DNA from: Chrysomallon squamiferum
Lineage: Eukaryota > Animalia > Mollusca
Assembly: GCA_012295275.1 (NCBI GenBank)
Contig: CM022669.1
Span: 2,790,001-2,854,000 of the forward strand
Reading direction: 5' to 3'
DNA length: 64,000 nucleotides
Numbering within the stretch: position 1 is the stretch's first letter; each line of letters begins with the position of its first letter. Both the position numbers and the translations under genes were made by a program. The notes under the pieces were generated by a model, which had not been told where the DNA came from, made no database searches, and saw only the letters and a program-made list of their open reading frames with translations. Below are positions 46,674 to 61,936 of the stretch, one piece after another.

Positions 46674-49600
46674 TTAATGACAGTAAATGCTTGAAAGAGG
46701 GAGAGAAAACACTCTTTAATAAAAGGAAAAGCCTGAAAACATTTAGCAATTTGCAACCACTTCATTGATTCCACTGTGTTTTAAAAATTGTTAGATAGGC
46801 TATTTATTAATTTTGACAGTAATTACATGTATTTATTTTAAGGTACTTGATGGTTTGCCTTTTATTCATCCATCAGAAATAAATGTCCTGAATGAGCTCT
46901 GTCAGCTTGGAACCTATTTCCGAGAGTTTGAACACTTCATTAATAAATACAGCTCAGCTCTTAGCTTTAATAACACTAGTGAGTACAAATGTAAACTTTT
47001 TTTGAGATCTGAAATTACATTCCACAATGACAGTGACAGGATCTAAGTGTAATTAAATAATGTCTTCTTACCACTGTCAGTGTTCAGCATTGTAGAACCA
47101 AACAACTTGCTCTGAGGAAAGCTTATCTTTGATGGAAATTAATATGTATTAGCCTGAAACAAACATATAATGTAAACTGGGATAAATATAATTAACTCTA
47201 AATGCATTATCTGCATAACACTAATATTTGTCACACACACACACGCATGCACACATGCACACACACAATTTAAAATGGAAATGCAGCAAAAATATTGCCA
47301 TCAACTGTTAATTTATTATTCTCTACTGCAGTAATTTAATTTTTATTTCTGACCACAGGAGAAAAGGGAAAATAAAGAAGTCATTTTTAATAAAACAAAT
47401 TATAAAATTATTTTAAAGATTTTTTTTTTATTATAAAAATTCTGAATTATATACAAGAAAATAATAATTAATTTCTGACTTGTTTCATTTCTCTTACAGA
47501 TCAGGACAACAGCAGTGTTCCCCTACACGGTTTATATTTGAAGGCTTTCTGTAATGGGTTAGATCGAGTTCTTCATGATTATCGACAAGAGTTGCTGAAC
47601 CTGGAATCACAAGTTCTTGTTGATCCTCATCTTGGAGTCACACACATTATGTACCACTTAAAGGAGGTTGTTTATATTTATCATCTTTGAGAAGTTCTTG
47701 TCTATATGTTTATGTTTATGGAAACATATAAAATAATGCTGCTAATCAATATGAAAATAGCAAAAAAAGGTTTTGCTCTTTTATAAATCACTGTACAAAA
47801 CAATGTTATAAACCACAAAATTAAAATATTTAAGTGTTGTGTACAAATTTTAATTTCTCTGTTAATTATTATAATAAATATATAGAAAAATTATTAGTTG
47901 TATATAAATGTTATAGTTTGTTTTTGTATTTATAATTTGTGCATAAAATTCACTACTGTCTAAGTGTTCTGAGGATACTGAGGTATTTTAAGTAATTTAT
48001 TCCTATGATTTTTTTTTACTGATTTTGCTGTCCTTTTAATCACTTACAAGATCTGAATAATTTTAAATTGTAAATTTTATTAGTTCATTATTTTACAATT
48101 ATTGCTTTCAGTATGAACTCTTGTTTCCTGTCCTGGCTTCAGTAATAGAGCAGATTGTTATTCTAAAGGTAAGTTGGAAATATGAAAAACAATATATTTT
48201 TTAAGAAAGGTAAATCATTAAAATGTAAATTATTCATTTAGTATAGGTATTTTATATATATAATAATTCAATTAAATTGAAAAAGCTCCCAGAAAACAAC
48301 AATCCCACCAAAAAACAAAACAAAAAAAAAACCTTTTTTGTTTTCATGTAGGCTCATGGCTGTTACATCCTGGATATTATCCACAAAGCATCGACCAGTG
48401 GCTTTCCTGTTGTGAAACAAGTTTTGACAAGGTAACGAAAATAACAACTTAGCAACGTATTATTAGTTGTCATTAATTAGGTTGTTAGTTGTAAGAAAAG
48501 AAAAAGCTAAATCTGTAAAACTCAGATATTTATAAACATATTGTAATAAAAAGAATACTATAGTGAATGAGGATATCGGAGCAGCAGTTTAATTAACTGG
48601 GAAACTGAAAATTAAAATTATCTTGTTGTATAATCTTAAAACACAAAAATCATTAAATAAAATGTAATTAATAATAATTAATTTGTCATTAACCATAACA
48701 TTTGTTTACTGGTTGATTGATAGACAGATTGTCTGATTTGTTTTATGAAGAGTGTAATTATTTACAAAGCATGTGACACTGTGTTTCAGAATACTTCATG
48801 TGTGTCATGGTGTGCTGTACAAACAACTGGGAGCTTGGCTGCTTCATGGTGACATGCATGGCCGAGATCCGTACAAAGAATTTTTTGTGCAGCCCAGTTC
48901 AGGGGAGGTAACTGTGTCAGGCGAGAGTCAAACAGAAGAAGAAGATTACCTGGGAATCATGGGAGTGACAGGACATCAGCTGCAGGTATATTTATTTAAT
49001 GCAGAGCTGGTGTTAGGATCTTTGCCTTTTTCACATTATTTATTTACTAAACAGTGAAAAAAATGTCCTACACTTCAAGAAATAGATTTTGATAATATAA
49101 AATGTATAAGAAGTATATAAAAGAAAAAGCTTTTAAAATGTTATGCAGAAATAGATATATTTTTCTAATTGTCACCACTGGCCTATTTTCAAATATTTTT
49201 GTCTACGGTTATTGCAGTGATGTGCTATAATTATTTACTAATGAACAGTTATCATCAAATAAACAAACTTCATATGTACATAACATAACATTTTGACAGT
49301 TTTTTGAATTTGATTTATTAAGAACTACCAGATTAGAAATGGAAGCTATTTGCATCTTGTTCAATTTGTCATGAATTTTTATTATTTAATATTCTAATTT
49401 AAAAATTTCTGTCCTCCGGTTTTGACATAACATTGCCCCAGTTACAAATTAAACTAAATTTTGTAATTTCATTTTCACCTGAGATTCACCTGAGATTGGT
49501 GAATTGTAAACTATTTATCTTTCACAGGTTGTTTCTGAAAAAAATATTATGGATATTGTATTTGGCTGTTGCAGGGTTAATGACAGTCTGTTTTATTTTC

Positions 49601-52600
49601 AGAAACTGATGGCTGTATCTAGTTTGGAACCTACAAGTGAAACTCGACAGTTCAGTATCAAAGCAGATTTGTTACCTTCGTACATTCCTCAGAGAATAGC
49701 CAACAAGATTCTCTTTATAGGAGAATCTATTCAGATATTTGAAAATGACAAACAAAAGGTCTCAACTCAAAAAACTGGTAAAGATACAGCTTTCATCTCA
49801 GGTTTTGTCATATATGTAAAGAGAGATATTCTTATAACTATTCATAATCTAGATTTGAGAATTTTATGTGAATGTTAAGAAGCATACATTGATATTCTGA
49901 ATTCATGTATACTAAAAACAAAGATTCATTATTACACACAAGTTTATTATCAAGAAATTTGTTAAAAATACTTTGATTTAAGAAAAATTGAAACTGAGAA
50001 AACCAACAAAAACATAATTATAAAAATAAAAATTTCACTTAGAACTGTATATAATTTTCATAAAAGTAAATATTAGAAATTAGTTCTGTTTTATGTACTG
50101 TATTTCAGGATCTATCTTGAAGGACAGAGAATGGGAGTTTGCTAAAGATCTGTTTGAGTTGTCCCAGCAAACAGAATTTAACAAGATGGCTTTTGAAGCT
50201 TTAATTGACAGAATCAGAAGTTGTGTTTCTGAGGTGATCACATTTGAGATATTTCTATATTTCAGTATTTTATAGTTAATAGAAACAGTAGAATGAGACC
50301 ATGTTAAATATGATATGCAGTGATCAGTTTAAGAATTTTGTCTCATTTGTAATGTATTTAAAGTATGCAGAAAACATATAATGCTATAGTACTGTAATAC
50401 ACTGGATATTTTGTTATTGGTACTATGCACATTAAAGTCACACTGTATTAATGAATGAATAGTGATTATTAAGAAAATCAAGGACTTATTATGGGATTCA
50501 GAATAATATTCTTACATATGAATGTCCAAATTATACACAACATTGCTATTTATTTTTCATTTTGAAAATTAAACGAGTTTCATTTGATATCTTTTTAAAT
50601 TAAATTATATATAATATTACACTCGCTACTCTTTCTGAAAAATAAGATATAACCAATACATGTGCTAAGTGCTGAAGATTTGAATGTAAGAAATTATTTG
50701 TTGTGCAGCGTCTGTGGAGACTGGTGGTAAAGGAGTCGGGTTTGGTGAAGCAGCTGAGAGTTGTTAAAGATTTTTATCTGCTGGGTCGCGGAGAACTGTG
50801 TGTGGCTTTCATCAGCCAGGCTGGGCACTTACTGAAAGGACCCCCTACTGCAGCCACAGAACATGGTAACAGACATCCATAATAGACGTTAATATGGCTT
50901 ATTAAAATGTCCTTCCTGTTCTAATGTTGTCCAGAATATGTAATAGATATTCTATAACAACGAGAAATATTAATGTATCTTATTAAACAGTTCATCCTCT
51001 TCTAATATTGTACATAACATGGTCATAGGCATTCTATAGCATATTAATCCTTATTAATAAATTATTCACACCGATCAGCCTGATATAATAATTTTCTGCA
51101 GCACCTCTGAGATACTGGTTTACAAAAACAATAATCTTAATCAGAAAGTGGTAACACTAATCAGAATATCATTATAATCTTAATCAAAATATGATTACAA
51201 CCTTAATCAGAATATCATTATAACTTTAATCAGAATATCATGATCACCATAATCTGAATATAATTATAAATCATCAGAATATTATATAATCTTAATCAGA
51301 ATTTTATTATAATATTAATAACAATAATCTATAATTATGGTGAAATCTATAACTATCTGAAATTATTTTATATAAATCAAATGATGATAAAATGTAAAAA
51401 TGGCATAAATTTACAGCAATTAATGACAGAGTTTTGCATGGTGAGTTGGATCTACTTGTGAAATGCATGTTATATTTATGTTGTGTGAAAGTTTTGAATG
51501 AAGATTGTTGTTTATTTTAATGTTAGATGTAAACATGGCGTACCAGCAGGCAGCAAGAAGTGTTCACCTGGAAGATGAAAGTTTGCTGCATCGATTTCAC
51601 CTCAGTGTCGATACTTCAGCAAAAACAAATAAAAGTAGGTTTCTCTTTTTAACATGGCATTATTAAGAATAATAATTGAATTCAATACTGTTAATATAAA
51701 GTTACTTAGAAGCAGATAATTTGAATTTGTTAAAAGTACAAAATTGTTTTTAGCAAATTATACAGTAATGTAAAATTGAATATGGGTTATTTATTCATAC
51801 CATTATAAGTACATTTTAAATTTAAATATCTACCAAAAAGCTTTTTATTTAATTATTTATTTATTTTTTGCTAATTCTTGATTTATGTTTCAGAGAAAGA
51901 TCCTGGTGATAAACGAACCACAGCAGAAACTGGATGGAATAAACTCAGTTTGTCCTATTCAGTTCAGTGGCCATTACACACATTCTTTACACCTGCTATA
52001 TTAGAGAGGTGTGTTTAAATACAGCAGTTAATTATTATGATACACACACATGCACACACATTCATATGTATGTAATAATTCTGCAATATGCTGTGAATAT
52101 TTTATAGACAATGAACCAACCTCTGTCATTAATATGGAGAATTTGCTTGAATCAGTACACATTTTATTTTATTTGTGCTAGTAAACTAACTGATGCTTTG
52201 ATGTGCACGTTTACAGGTACAGTCGAATATTCCGCTTTCTGCTGGCTGTGAGGCGCACACAGATACATCTTCAGCAGTGCTGGTGTCTGCACATGCAGAA
52301 CAAAAAATGCAAAACAAAGCCAGAGGAAGCAGCAGTTTGGCAACTCAGGTCACACATGGCTTTCTTCATAGATAATCTTCAGTACTATTTACAGGTAAAA
52401 ATCACTAGAATATATTTTTAACATAAAGCAGCTTGTCAATCTGTAGTACGCAGGTAAGCATGGTAAGCATAATATGTATGTAAGCAGTGGAACACTGTAA
52501 ACATATAGTATCTAAAAATAGTGTGTCATTGCCAAACTAGGTTTGATGTATTTTCTTTTATTTGTAGCTTAATAACAAAATTTGCAAATAAATGATTAAA

Positions 52601-55167
52601 AAGAAAGCAGGAAAGCATTATATTTTTGTGATGTTTTGAACTGAAACTAATAAACTTATATACAAACACTGTTACTGGGGTGCTTACTGTGGAAGAAGGT
52701 AAATAGACAAAACTGTATTTTTACAGTTGGAATGGAAGATAACAACATTCATGTTTTTATTTTTTTGGATAAATACAATACTACTGCAATACATTATGTA
52801 GGATCTGTGTAAATTATAATTAATATCTGCAGGTTTTTATAACCAGACTAGGTGAGACTGTGAAATATGTTACAACCTCATTGAAAACAGAATTGTTTGA
52901 AATATTTTCTGTTAGATTATAATTAATATCTGCAGGTAGATGTGATAGAGTCTCAGTTTGGGATTCTCACAGAGAAGATAAACAACACTGAGGATTTTGA
53001 ACTCATCAAAGTTTCACATGAACAGTTCATAACAAGTCTCCTTTCTCAGTCCTTTGTACACATGAAGTCTGTGAGTTTATTCTGCTAGTTAAATAAAGTC
53101 AAGTTGTAAAGAATTGTTTTTTTCACATGATCTGGTTTTAAGATTAACAATGAAAAACTCTCATCTGTTTTAAATTGCAGCTAATACTGAAAGTTATTAG
53201 TCATTTTACTGGATATTAACACGAGAAAAAAAAATAAATATTTATTCCTAGTAAGAAAACGTAGAAGTAATAGTCATTGTCATATTATTAACATTAGTGA
53301 TAGTAATTATATGTTATTCTTTATACAGATGTAGACAACATTATTAACTTCAGTTTTCTCATTTCTGATACTAAATATATATATATATAGGTATAAATAA
53401 AATTTATACTTACTTATCTAATTTGTTTCCTTCTGATTTCAGGTTTCCAGCTGTCTGTATGAGATATTTTCTCTGTGTACATCTTTCTCACAACTTGTAG
53501 TTTCATCAGAGTGTGATCTGTCTGCCTCTCAGCTCTCAAACATCCAAACCATCATGACAGTGAGTTTATCTCAGCTAAATAACAGACCTGTAGTTGTTTG
53601 GGTGGCTTTCATTGCAACCCTCTATAGCCAGTGTTTTCTTATGGCATATTGGGCTGCAGGATGAATTGCAGTTCTTGTTAGGACCTTCATTGGCATATTT
53701 TATATTTAACCCAGGCTGATTTATACAAAACTTGAGTAAAGGAAGTTAATTAATAAGAGTTAGATAGTGAAATGGCATATTATGGTGTCCATTCTCAAAC
53801 TAATCACTATCATTATAGAAGAAGAAAATGTTTGTCTCTTGATAATTATTAAATAATATAAAAATAATTAAAAAATATATGGGTTTCATTTGTGGCATAA
53901 AGGTTTGATTACTAGTTGAAGGGAAGAAATTCTGACATGAAATGAAACAAAGAGAGTTACACACCTTTGTAATCTGTTATGAAATATGTTTATGCATTCA
54001 GTTCATTTAGCTTGTATTTAATAATAATTATTTTATTTGAATATTTTTTGTTAATAATTTTATTCATTATTTCAATGAATCATTTTAAACTTATGAAAAT
54101 ATAATTTGACAAGTTTGCACTGCCCAGTCACATGTTTCTGACTAGTAACTTCACTTATTTACTGTAGAAGGGCTTTATTTTGGACAACATAGTCACTGGT
54201 GAAATGTGTATTTTATGTTTTGATCTGTTCATCTGAACAGTTTAACCCAGCCAGGTTTGTAATGGGAAGATTAATCAAACGGACACAAATAACTAAAGGT
54301 TTTATATTTGTAATGTAGTATTTCTTTTACATGATGTAATGATTTTATTTCTCAGAGTTTTCAGCGACAGTCTAACCTGCTGTTCAGAATTCTGTCCAGT
54401 GTGAACAGCCACAGCTCACGCCCTCACCTCGCTCAGCTCTTACTTAGACTCGACTTCAACAAATATTTCACTATTTCTGGAGGCCAGCTTGGCAGGTAAC
54501 AGATATTTATCTTTACTTTCATTTTAATTGTTTGTTTTTCTTTGGTAAAGAGATCTATTGAAGTTATTTAATTTGTTTATTATATTTTGTCTGTATTTAA
54601 CTTATTAATATTAATATTATTGTTGTTGTTATTATTGTTACTATTATTATATTCATTTATGTATTTCTTTTTTTTTTTCTTCTTTTAATTCAATGGAAGG
54701 ATTTAAATTATTTATCTGTTTTCTTCATTACTTTATAACATATAATAAATTATAAGCTATGTGGAATGTTTCATATTTAACAAAATACAAATTCGATCAT
54801 AAATAAAAGATTATTATGCACATTCATATGAGAGGTTGCACTCCTTTAGACTTCAAAAATTACTGTGATGTTAACAGTTTGGTTGGTTACTTACTGCTTT
54901 TGAAGCATTCACTGTCATTTATACAACTGTGTTTCAAAATAATTGTATACTTTTTTTTTCTTCTTTTATTTAACAAAGGATGTTTTTGGTTCAGTTCTTC
55001 CTTCATTTTAAACTGTTTGTCATTTAAGTTTCATTCAAAGTGGGATATAGAGCTTAGTATATCTTTATCATAATCAATAATATAGTTACTATTTGATTTA
55101 ATAGTTGTTTTCTGTTTTCAGTGTCTCTCACGATCTGTCATCAGTTTTCAGTGAGGAAAGAAGCTGA
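46359..55167 (+). CDS. TUBGCP4: Gamma-tubulin complex component 4 (GCP4), 16 coding exons
   Basis: join 46359..46433, 46843..46978, 47500..47666, 48112..48168, 48352..48431, 48790..48985, 49603..49777, 50109..50233, 50709..50865, 51527..51634, 51894..52008, 52217..52394, 52936..53070, 53443..53559, 54356..54495, 55122..55167. Motifs MLHELLLALSG, LPSYIPQRIANKILFIGE, KDFYLLGRGEL, YSVQWPLH, NLQYYLQVDVIESQF and LAQLLLRLDFNKYF. Confidence 0.95.
51132..51312. repeat. Degenerate 23-bp tandem repeat in a TUBGCP4 intron
   Basis: taatcagaatatcattataa variants repeated about 8 times. Confidence 0.75.
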
Positions 55168-55828
55168 TCTGTGTTCAGTTCTCAGTGAAATCTCACATTC
55201 TTAAATTACTTACTACATTAACTGTATCTTCCCTTCATGTGTCAAATTAATTAAAGATCCTCTTATTCGTTTCCATGTTATGCCGTTAGTGCTGCTTGAC
55301 ACAGTGGACCTAATATTTGAAGAAGAAAAAATTAGATATACTGTCAGAGTGTGCATGTGTGTTTTTATATATAAAAGGTGTATAATGTATTTGTTTAAAT
55401 AGATATAAAATAAACACGAATACCATTTGAAATATAATCATTATGGTATGAACTATATACATTTATCTGTATATCAATTTGAGTTTTTTAACACTTTCTG
55501 TTACAGAGACAAACCTTTGTTAATAATAAAGGGTATAACAAAGCAAAAAAGAGTTGTTTTATTTTTTAGCTCTAGCCATCATGACATATCAAACTGTAAA
55601 CGACATGATAAACTGGATATCATTAAGATATATCACAACATACCTATATCCAGCTATATATATATATGTACGTACGTAATCTGTATAAATGCAAGATGTA
55701 ATGGTATTTATGTATAAATGTAAGTAATTCGAATTAAAAATAATACAAATAAAAAACAATAATAACAAAACAAAATCGCAAAGTATTTTCATCGTTATTT
55801 CGCCTAAGCAGTCATTAAACCTCCGCAC

Positions 55829-55867
<39 letters not shown>

Positions 55868-56495
55868 AATAAAAAATTTAATTAAAATAATTTCCGTGAA
55901 GAGAATACTGTATACAGATTAATGCCATGACGTTGCTTCCTGTACACGTGTTTTCCTACCCAACGCTTTGATTTCCTGTAAATGTGACGTCAACAATTGA
56001 AACACATTTACTCCATGTTCCCTACCTAACAAAACAAGACTCAAAATGTGTTGAATTGGATTGTTTACTTTTATCAGTCTCACAGGACAGTCAAATTTCA
56101 GTGAGTAATTTAACTATTTTTTCAGGTTTTTAGTCAGTCAAGGGCCATTGGTTCCATTCAAAGAAAACATTTCTTGATCAGAAATTAATTTTCGAAATTT
56201 GCTTAGTAAATGCTTTTTTCTTTCTCTGTCAGACTAGCATAAAATCTTATGATTTATGTATTTATTTATTTATTTATTTATTTATTATTATTATTATTAA
56301 AGTTATATAAATTCAGAAGTGTTGAGCACAAATATTATTTGTAGTAATAGTAAATATAGATTCAGAGTTAGATGAATAAATTGATGAATGGTTGGACGTA
56401 TTTTGTACAGTATTTAGATGAAAGTATATTTTTATTCAGTTTTGTATCGTGTGTATTGTCATTTAACATTTACACAAACGTACATGTGTCCGTTT

Positions 56496-56546
<51 letters not shown>

Positions 56547-56944
56547 TGCAAATACTTGCTATGATCTCTGAACACAGCAAACGTGTTTCTCGTGATATTT
56601 GAAATATCGCAGCTACACACACCACTCAGTACCGCGTGTTAGAAAACACTGATACTTGTGTCTGTGTGATCCTTCAGTGATTCTAACTTTTTATATAAAA
56701 TATTTCACTAAACAGTAAAATTAATTTCTTATAATATTTCAATTTTTTAAAAAATATTTGTGATTTAACGGACTTCGGCATCAACGGATTTTGTGTTTTT
56801 TTAAATCGAGGTATTAAAGTCCAGAATGTTGACAATTTTTGTTGTAAAAGAAAACTTATCTTGAAGAAATGAGAATATGATAATTAACAGCAGAGCGACA
56901 TTGCTTCGTTTGCTATTATGTTTTGAATCTTAAGATGTTGATGT

Positions 56945-57830
56945 TCATTAGTAGTAACAGTACTAGAAGTAGTAGTAGTAGTGAAAGTAATGGCTCTTGT
57001 AGTACTATTACTAATAGCTGTAGCTGGGTAGAAATAATAACAGTAATAGTATTTGCTATTATAGTACATTGCCGAAGTTGCTGTTATATTTTGAATTTTA
57101 AGTTTTGTTTATGTGATAGCAGTACTTGAAGTAGTAGTAATAGTAATAGTAGTAATAGTTCTAGTTGCAGCAGTTGTTGTTGTAGTAATAATTGTAGTTG
57201 TTAAAGTAACTAATAACTACTAGTACTAGTACTAGTAATGGAAATAATATTAATCGTAACAGGAATAATGGTAATAGTAATATTGTAATAGTATAAATAG
57301 TGGTCATAATAGTAGTAGTAGTTCTAGTAATAACAGCAGTGTGAACAGTGATAGTAACATTTACTGTTCTGCTAGGAGTGATTACATATAATGATTATAA
57401 TGACAGCATGTATAGTAGTAACAATAACGCAATAATAGTAGAAGTAATAATATTTAATAGTAGGCCTAGCAGCAAATTAAATATTTTATACTACTAGTAA
57501 TAGCAGTCTTAATAATTGTAGTAGCAATATTATCATTAGCAGTTGTTAACCGTTTTAATAGTGGTATAAAAAATATGGTAGCACTAGTAGTGATGTAGTA
57601 GTAGTAGTAATTATATTAGCTGCAGCTTTACTATAGCAGTACTAATGATAATAGTAATATTACTAACTGTAGGGGTGGTATGATTCTAATACAGTACTTG
57701 TATTAGTAACAGTAATGGAAGCAAATTAAACGAAAAAAGCTGTTATCATCCTCCACTTGTTATTATCCTCCTATTCGTCACCATCATCTTAATCATCATC
57801 TTTATCATTACCATCATCGTCATCATCATT
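56945..57830. repeat. Decayed (AGT/AAT)n low-complexity tract
   Basis: Direct reading; a similar tract lies at about 17170-17445. Confidence 0.8.
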
Positions 57831-59999
57831 TACTGATATTTTATTACGAAGTAGTTAAAAAAGTTCACGTGGTCCGGTTCCCATGTTCTCAAACGATAAT
57901 GCTATTATGGAAGTAATTTATTAATGTTAAGAGTTATGGGTTTTAGCACGAATTATCGCTTCGTTAAGTTCACGTCTCGTTATTGATTTCTTTGCAAGAA
58001 TTCATTGCGTACAAGGAAAACAAATATGATTAATACAGAAAATTTCGGTAACAAGTATAATTGCCATTTTTTTCAAAAAGAAATAAAACATTTTCTTTTT
58101 ATATTAATTTTATTTTTTGTTTGTGGAAACGGCAATAATGTATGTTATTTATAAAATATTTATACCGTTAGTTTAGCGAGACAAATATTTTTGTTTTAAA
58201 GCGTTGTAAAACAAATATTATTGGAAAAGAGAAGAAGAAATCCATTCCTGAATTCGCATCATATTAGTTACGCATCTTAAAACACGGCAGTGCTAAGACT
58301 GGTTTGACAATCGCCAGCTAATTTCTGTTGTTAACAACTGGAAAAGAATTGTGTTGTTATTAACTGTTAAGCGAAACTGGTTTCATGCTGTTATGCCATT
58401 GTTATGACAGAAAAAATTATCGTTATTAACAGTCGGATTTTAAAATTATGCAAAGTATTAACAATCATCAGTTCGTTATGCCGTCATTAAAAGAAAATCG
58501 AAATCTAGCGAAGCTGAACTAGAAACTGAAAGCTAGTTGTACGCTGTTAACATTTGGAAGTTTTCGTTTTGAGTATTTCACCATCGTCGATTAGTTGCAC
58601 AGCTTTTGACAGTTGGAAACTAGTGACGTTACTAACAACTGGAATGTAGTTACGATGCCGTTGTCGTAGTTTCATCGTTAACATTCAGTGTATTCTGTGA
58701 TGATAGTGAATGAAACTGTGCTTTTGGTAGTAGCAGTGCACAACAACAACTACTACAACACCCGATTCAGCAGCAGTACTATTAGTAGCAGTAACAGAAT
58801 AAAGACTTTAGTGGTAGTTAATGGTGTTTTTATATGGGAGTTATAATAGCCTGTATATCACGTTCAGAGATAAACACATTAGTACAGCGTTCCATCAAAT
58901 GGCAATGTAATCCGACAAAGATATTTTCCCAGAGGGACGTGTAGGAGGTGAAGCAAAAACGAATTAATGACATAAATATCATTTAAATCTCTGTTCAAGG
59001 TTTTTAAATTCAGAAACAGAACTGTGAATGTAAAGAAACGTTAAATATTGAGGATATTAGTTATTTTAATTCTTTTCATTTTATTTCGTTTCTGTTTTCT
59101 TCTCTTTTTCAAATAGCCAGAGATATCAGTCGTCATAAACGGTTAATAATAATGATGATATGATGATGATATCAACAAAAATATAAAACAAATGCTATTT
59201 GACAAAAAGGAATAATTAAAAATAGAATTTATTTTTCACTTGATTAACGATCGACTAAAATAGTTGATAAATTTTATTTTATTTTTAAACTTTACTGTAA
59301 CTCAACAATCCAAAACTGAAATTATTACAGAAAAAAGTAACTTGTCTGTAGAATTTATTAGAATCTGCAGTTGATTTGTCTTGGTGACTGACAAAGCTTC
59401 AGGCAATACGGAGTAGAAACTGGCTAGAATGTGCATCAACGTGAAATCTTCTTGTAACAGAAGTAAACCGCTTCTTGTTACAGTTTGTCACAGTTGTTAG
59501 TGTTTATGACAGGGGCTGAACGTTTCCAGGCGCAGAGTCAAAGATGCAGATCCAGCGGATAAGATTTGGAAATTTGGTTTAAATATTTTTCAAGGATTTG
59601 TATAGTGTATTATCGTACGGCTGTGGAATCGTGATGTTTTCTCAGACATATATATATATCTTTTTGGCTTAATTAAACTTTATTTTGTTAATTAGATTCA
59701 TTTCAACTATTTGTCGGTATAACTCACATATTACTCAAGGGTATTTTTCTCTTTTTTGTCCCCCCACAAATACATCTGTAAAATTAAATTTATTTGGGTA
59801 AGGCTAGAGACTGATTAGGTAAATTGTTTTTATATGTTGAAGTACAGACTATTAAATTAAATTTTAGTTGCATCCATCCTGAATTAAGGAAACAATATGT
59901 TCAATAAGATATGAATTTGTAAAAGGTTACAAGATTATTTGCTTGTATGTAATGTTATCAGTCTCTCTGTATCTATATCAAGTCTTATGTTTGGCAAAA

Positions 60000-60030
<31 letters not shown>

Positions 60031-60859
60031 TTGTGTGTGTTTGTGTGTTAAATATGTCAGCTAGTTACGCACCAGGTTTGTGTCAAGAGTCATGTATAAA
60101 TAATGAAAAAAAATATAACATAGTCACGCCTTTTGTTAAACAACATATTATGCTTTATCTATGTATGATACATACCAGTTGTCGTAATTATGTCAAGATC
60201 CTATACGTACAACTAACATCAATATTTTAATGTAACGAATCGTAATGTTAATGCTTTACAGGAAACATTTAGCAGAACGTATGTATGGTTCTATTTAGGG
60301 GCATCTCCGTTTAAACACGGATATCTTGAATAGTACGTGTAAGAAGAAGAGAGTGAGAGAGAGAAAAAATAATCGTTAATGTCATGTTCATTCACAGCAA
60401 TGACTAGGCAACTCAGGCAAATAGAAATGCCATTAAATGTCCCCCAAGTCAAGAATCGATCACATTTCTTCCACAATAACCATAATCTCAATTCCCGGTC
60501 CGTGATTCCAAAAGAGACGGTGTAATTTTGAAGCCCTCTGCAAATACACCTCATCAAAAAGGAGAAAGTGATGACGTGTGGTGCAGGCTTGGCTTTATGT
60601 GTAAGATAAAGTATAGACTGCTAACTGACAATCAGTGCGCTGCAGCCGTGCCCTTTGGCTGCCGGTCTACTTCATTAGGAATACTCCAACAGACAACATG
60701 TTCTGAAGAACGGGATACTTCTCTGTAACAACCACTTTCAAAACTGAAGCTGTCCTGTCGCAACCAACCACGGAATGTAGAGAGCAAACTACGCCAATTC
60801 TTTAAAAAACAAACTATTCATAGTTCAAACAATAATTCGTAATAAAACCAGACTATGAA

Positions 60860-61180
60860 ACCAAATTTCGTGAAGGTTTAGCCGTAGTTCTGTATAAAAT
60901 AAATTTCGCTAAGTTTGAATGCCAAATATGTAAAACCGAATTATGCAAAACGTGAACGCAAACATTTTATAACATCAAATCACGCAAAGTCTGAACGCCA
61001 AATCTTCATAAAATCCCACCGTAAAATTTGAACGCTAAATCTTTCTAAAATCGAACGATGCAAGTTACTTATAAAATCGAATTATTTAAAACATGAACGT
61101 CAGTTGTTTATAAAATCGAACTGTGCAAAGCTTGAATGCCAATTCTTTACAAAAGCAAGGCCTTCAACTTTATAAAACGA
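60860..61180. repeat. Degenerate 38-39-bp tandem repeat
   Basis: aaatcgaa..tgcaaa..tgaacgccaaat..ttata variants repeated about 8 times. Confidence 0.7.
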
Positions 61181-61227
61181 ATATGTAAATAATCTAGAAT
61201 TATGCTAGTTCCTTCTTTTCTTCGTTA

Positions 61228-61278
<51 letters not shown>

Positions 61279-61541
61279 AAGTAGCCTTATAAAATCCTAC
61301 GTTTAAATGATCTAGCTAGAGTGATCCCAGTTCTTTCTAAAAACAAAGCAAAAGGATACTTCAAGGATACTTTGTATATTATTAAAAAAGCAACATTTTA
61401 TTTTGAGTAAAAAAATCCATTCAATAATTTGCAATGTATTTAAATAGTTTGTGTTTCTTTCTGTTCACTTTGTCACAAAATTATATTTTTATTTACTATT
61501 TATAAGCAGTTATTATTTCATTTAATCGTTGAAATTAAATA

Positions 61542-61935
61542 CAGTGGTACCTCCAACTTACGAGTTTTCCGAGTTACGAGCTGCCGCCCGGTCGATTTTT
61601 CTTTCAGCTGCGAGCCAAAATCCGAGTTACGAGCTAGATGGCGCATCGAACAACACAACATCCGTCCAGCATCCCGCATCTTACTCGTTTGCTTCACGTG
61701 CTTACCTAGCCGTGGCAATATCTCTGTTATGCTCGCGTTTTGTGCAGTATTTTGCCAAATTTCAATGGATCCTAAGAAAGTGAGTGCAAAAGACAGTGCT
61801 GAGAAGAAGAAGCGGATGATGTCCTTTGAATTAAAGCATGAAATCATAGAAAAACATGAGCGAGGTGTGCTTGTAGTCAACTTGGCTAGGCAGTACGAGC
61901 GTAGTACTTTTATGATATGTACCATACTGAAGAAA
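61542..61935 (+). mobile_element. 5' fragment of a Tigger/pogo (Tc1-mariner superfamily) DNA transposon
   Basis: TA followed by TIR-like CAGTGGTACCTC, subterminal ttacgag repeats, then an ORF from 61765, MDPKKVSAKDSAEKKKRMMSFELKHEIIEKHERGVLVVNLARQYERSTFMICTILKK, resembling the CENP-B/psq-type HTH of TIGD1-like transposases. No DDE domain or right TIR is seen. Confidence 0.8.
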
Positions 61936-61936
61936 T

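Noticed and set aside
58325-58690. Recurring gttaaca.tggaa words
   Set aside because: Probably a very old decayed tandem repeat; no period or function can be supported.
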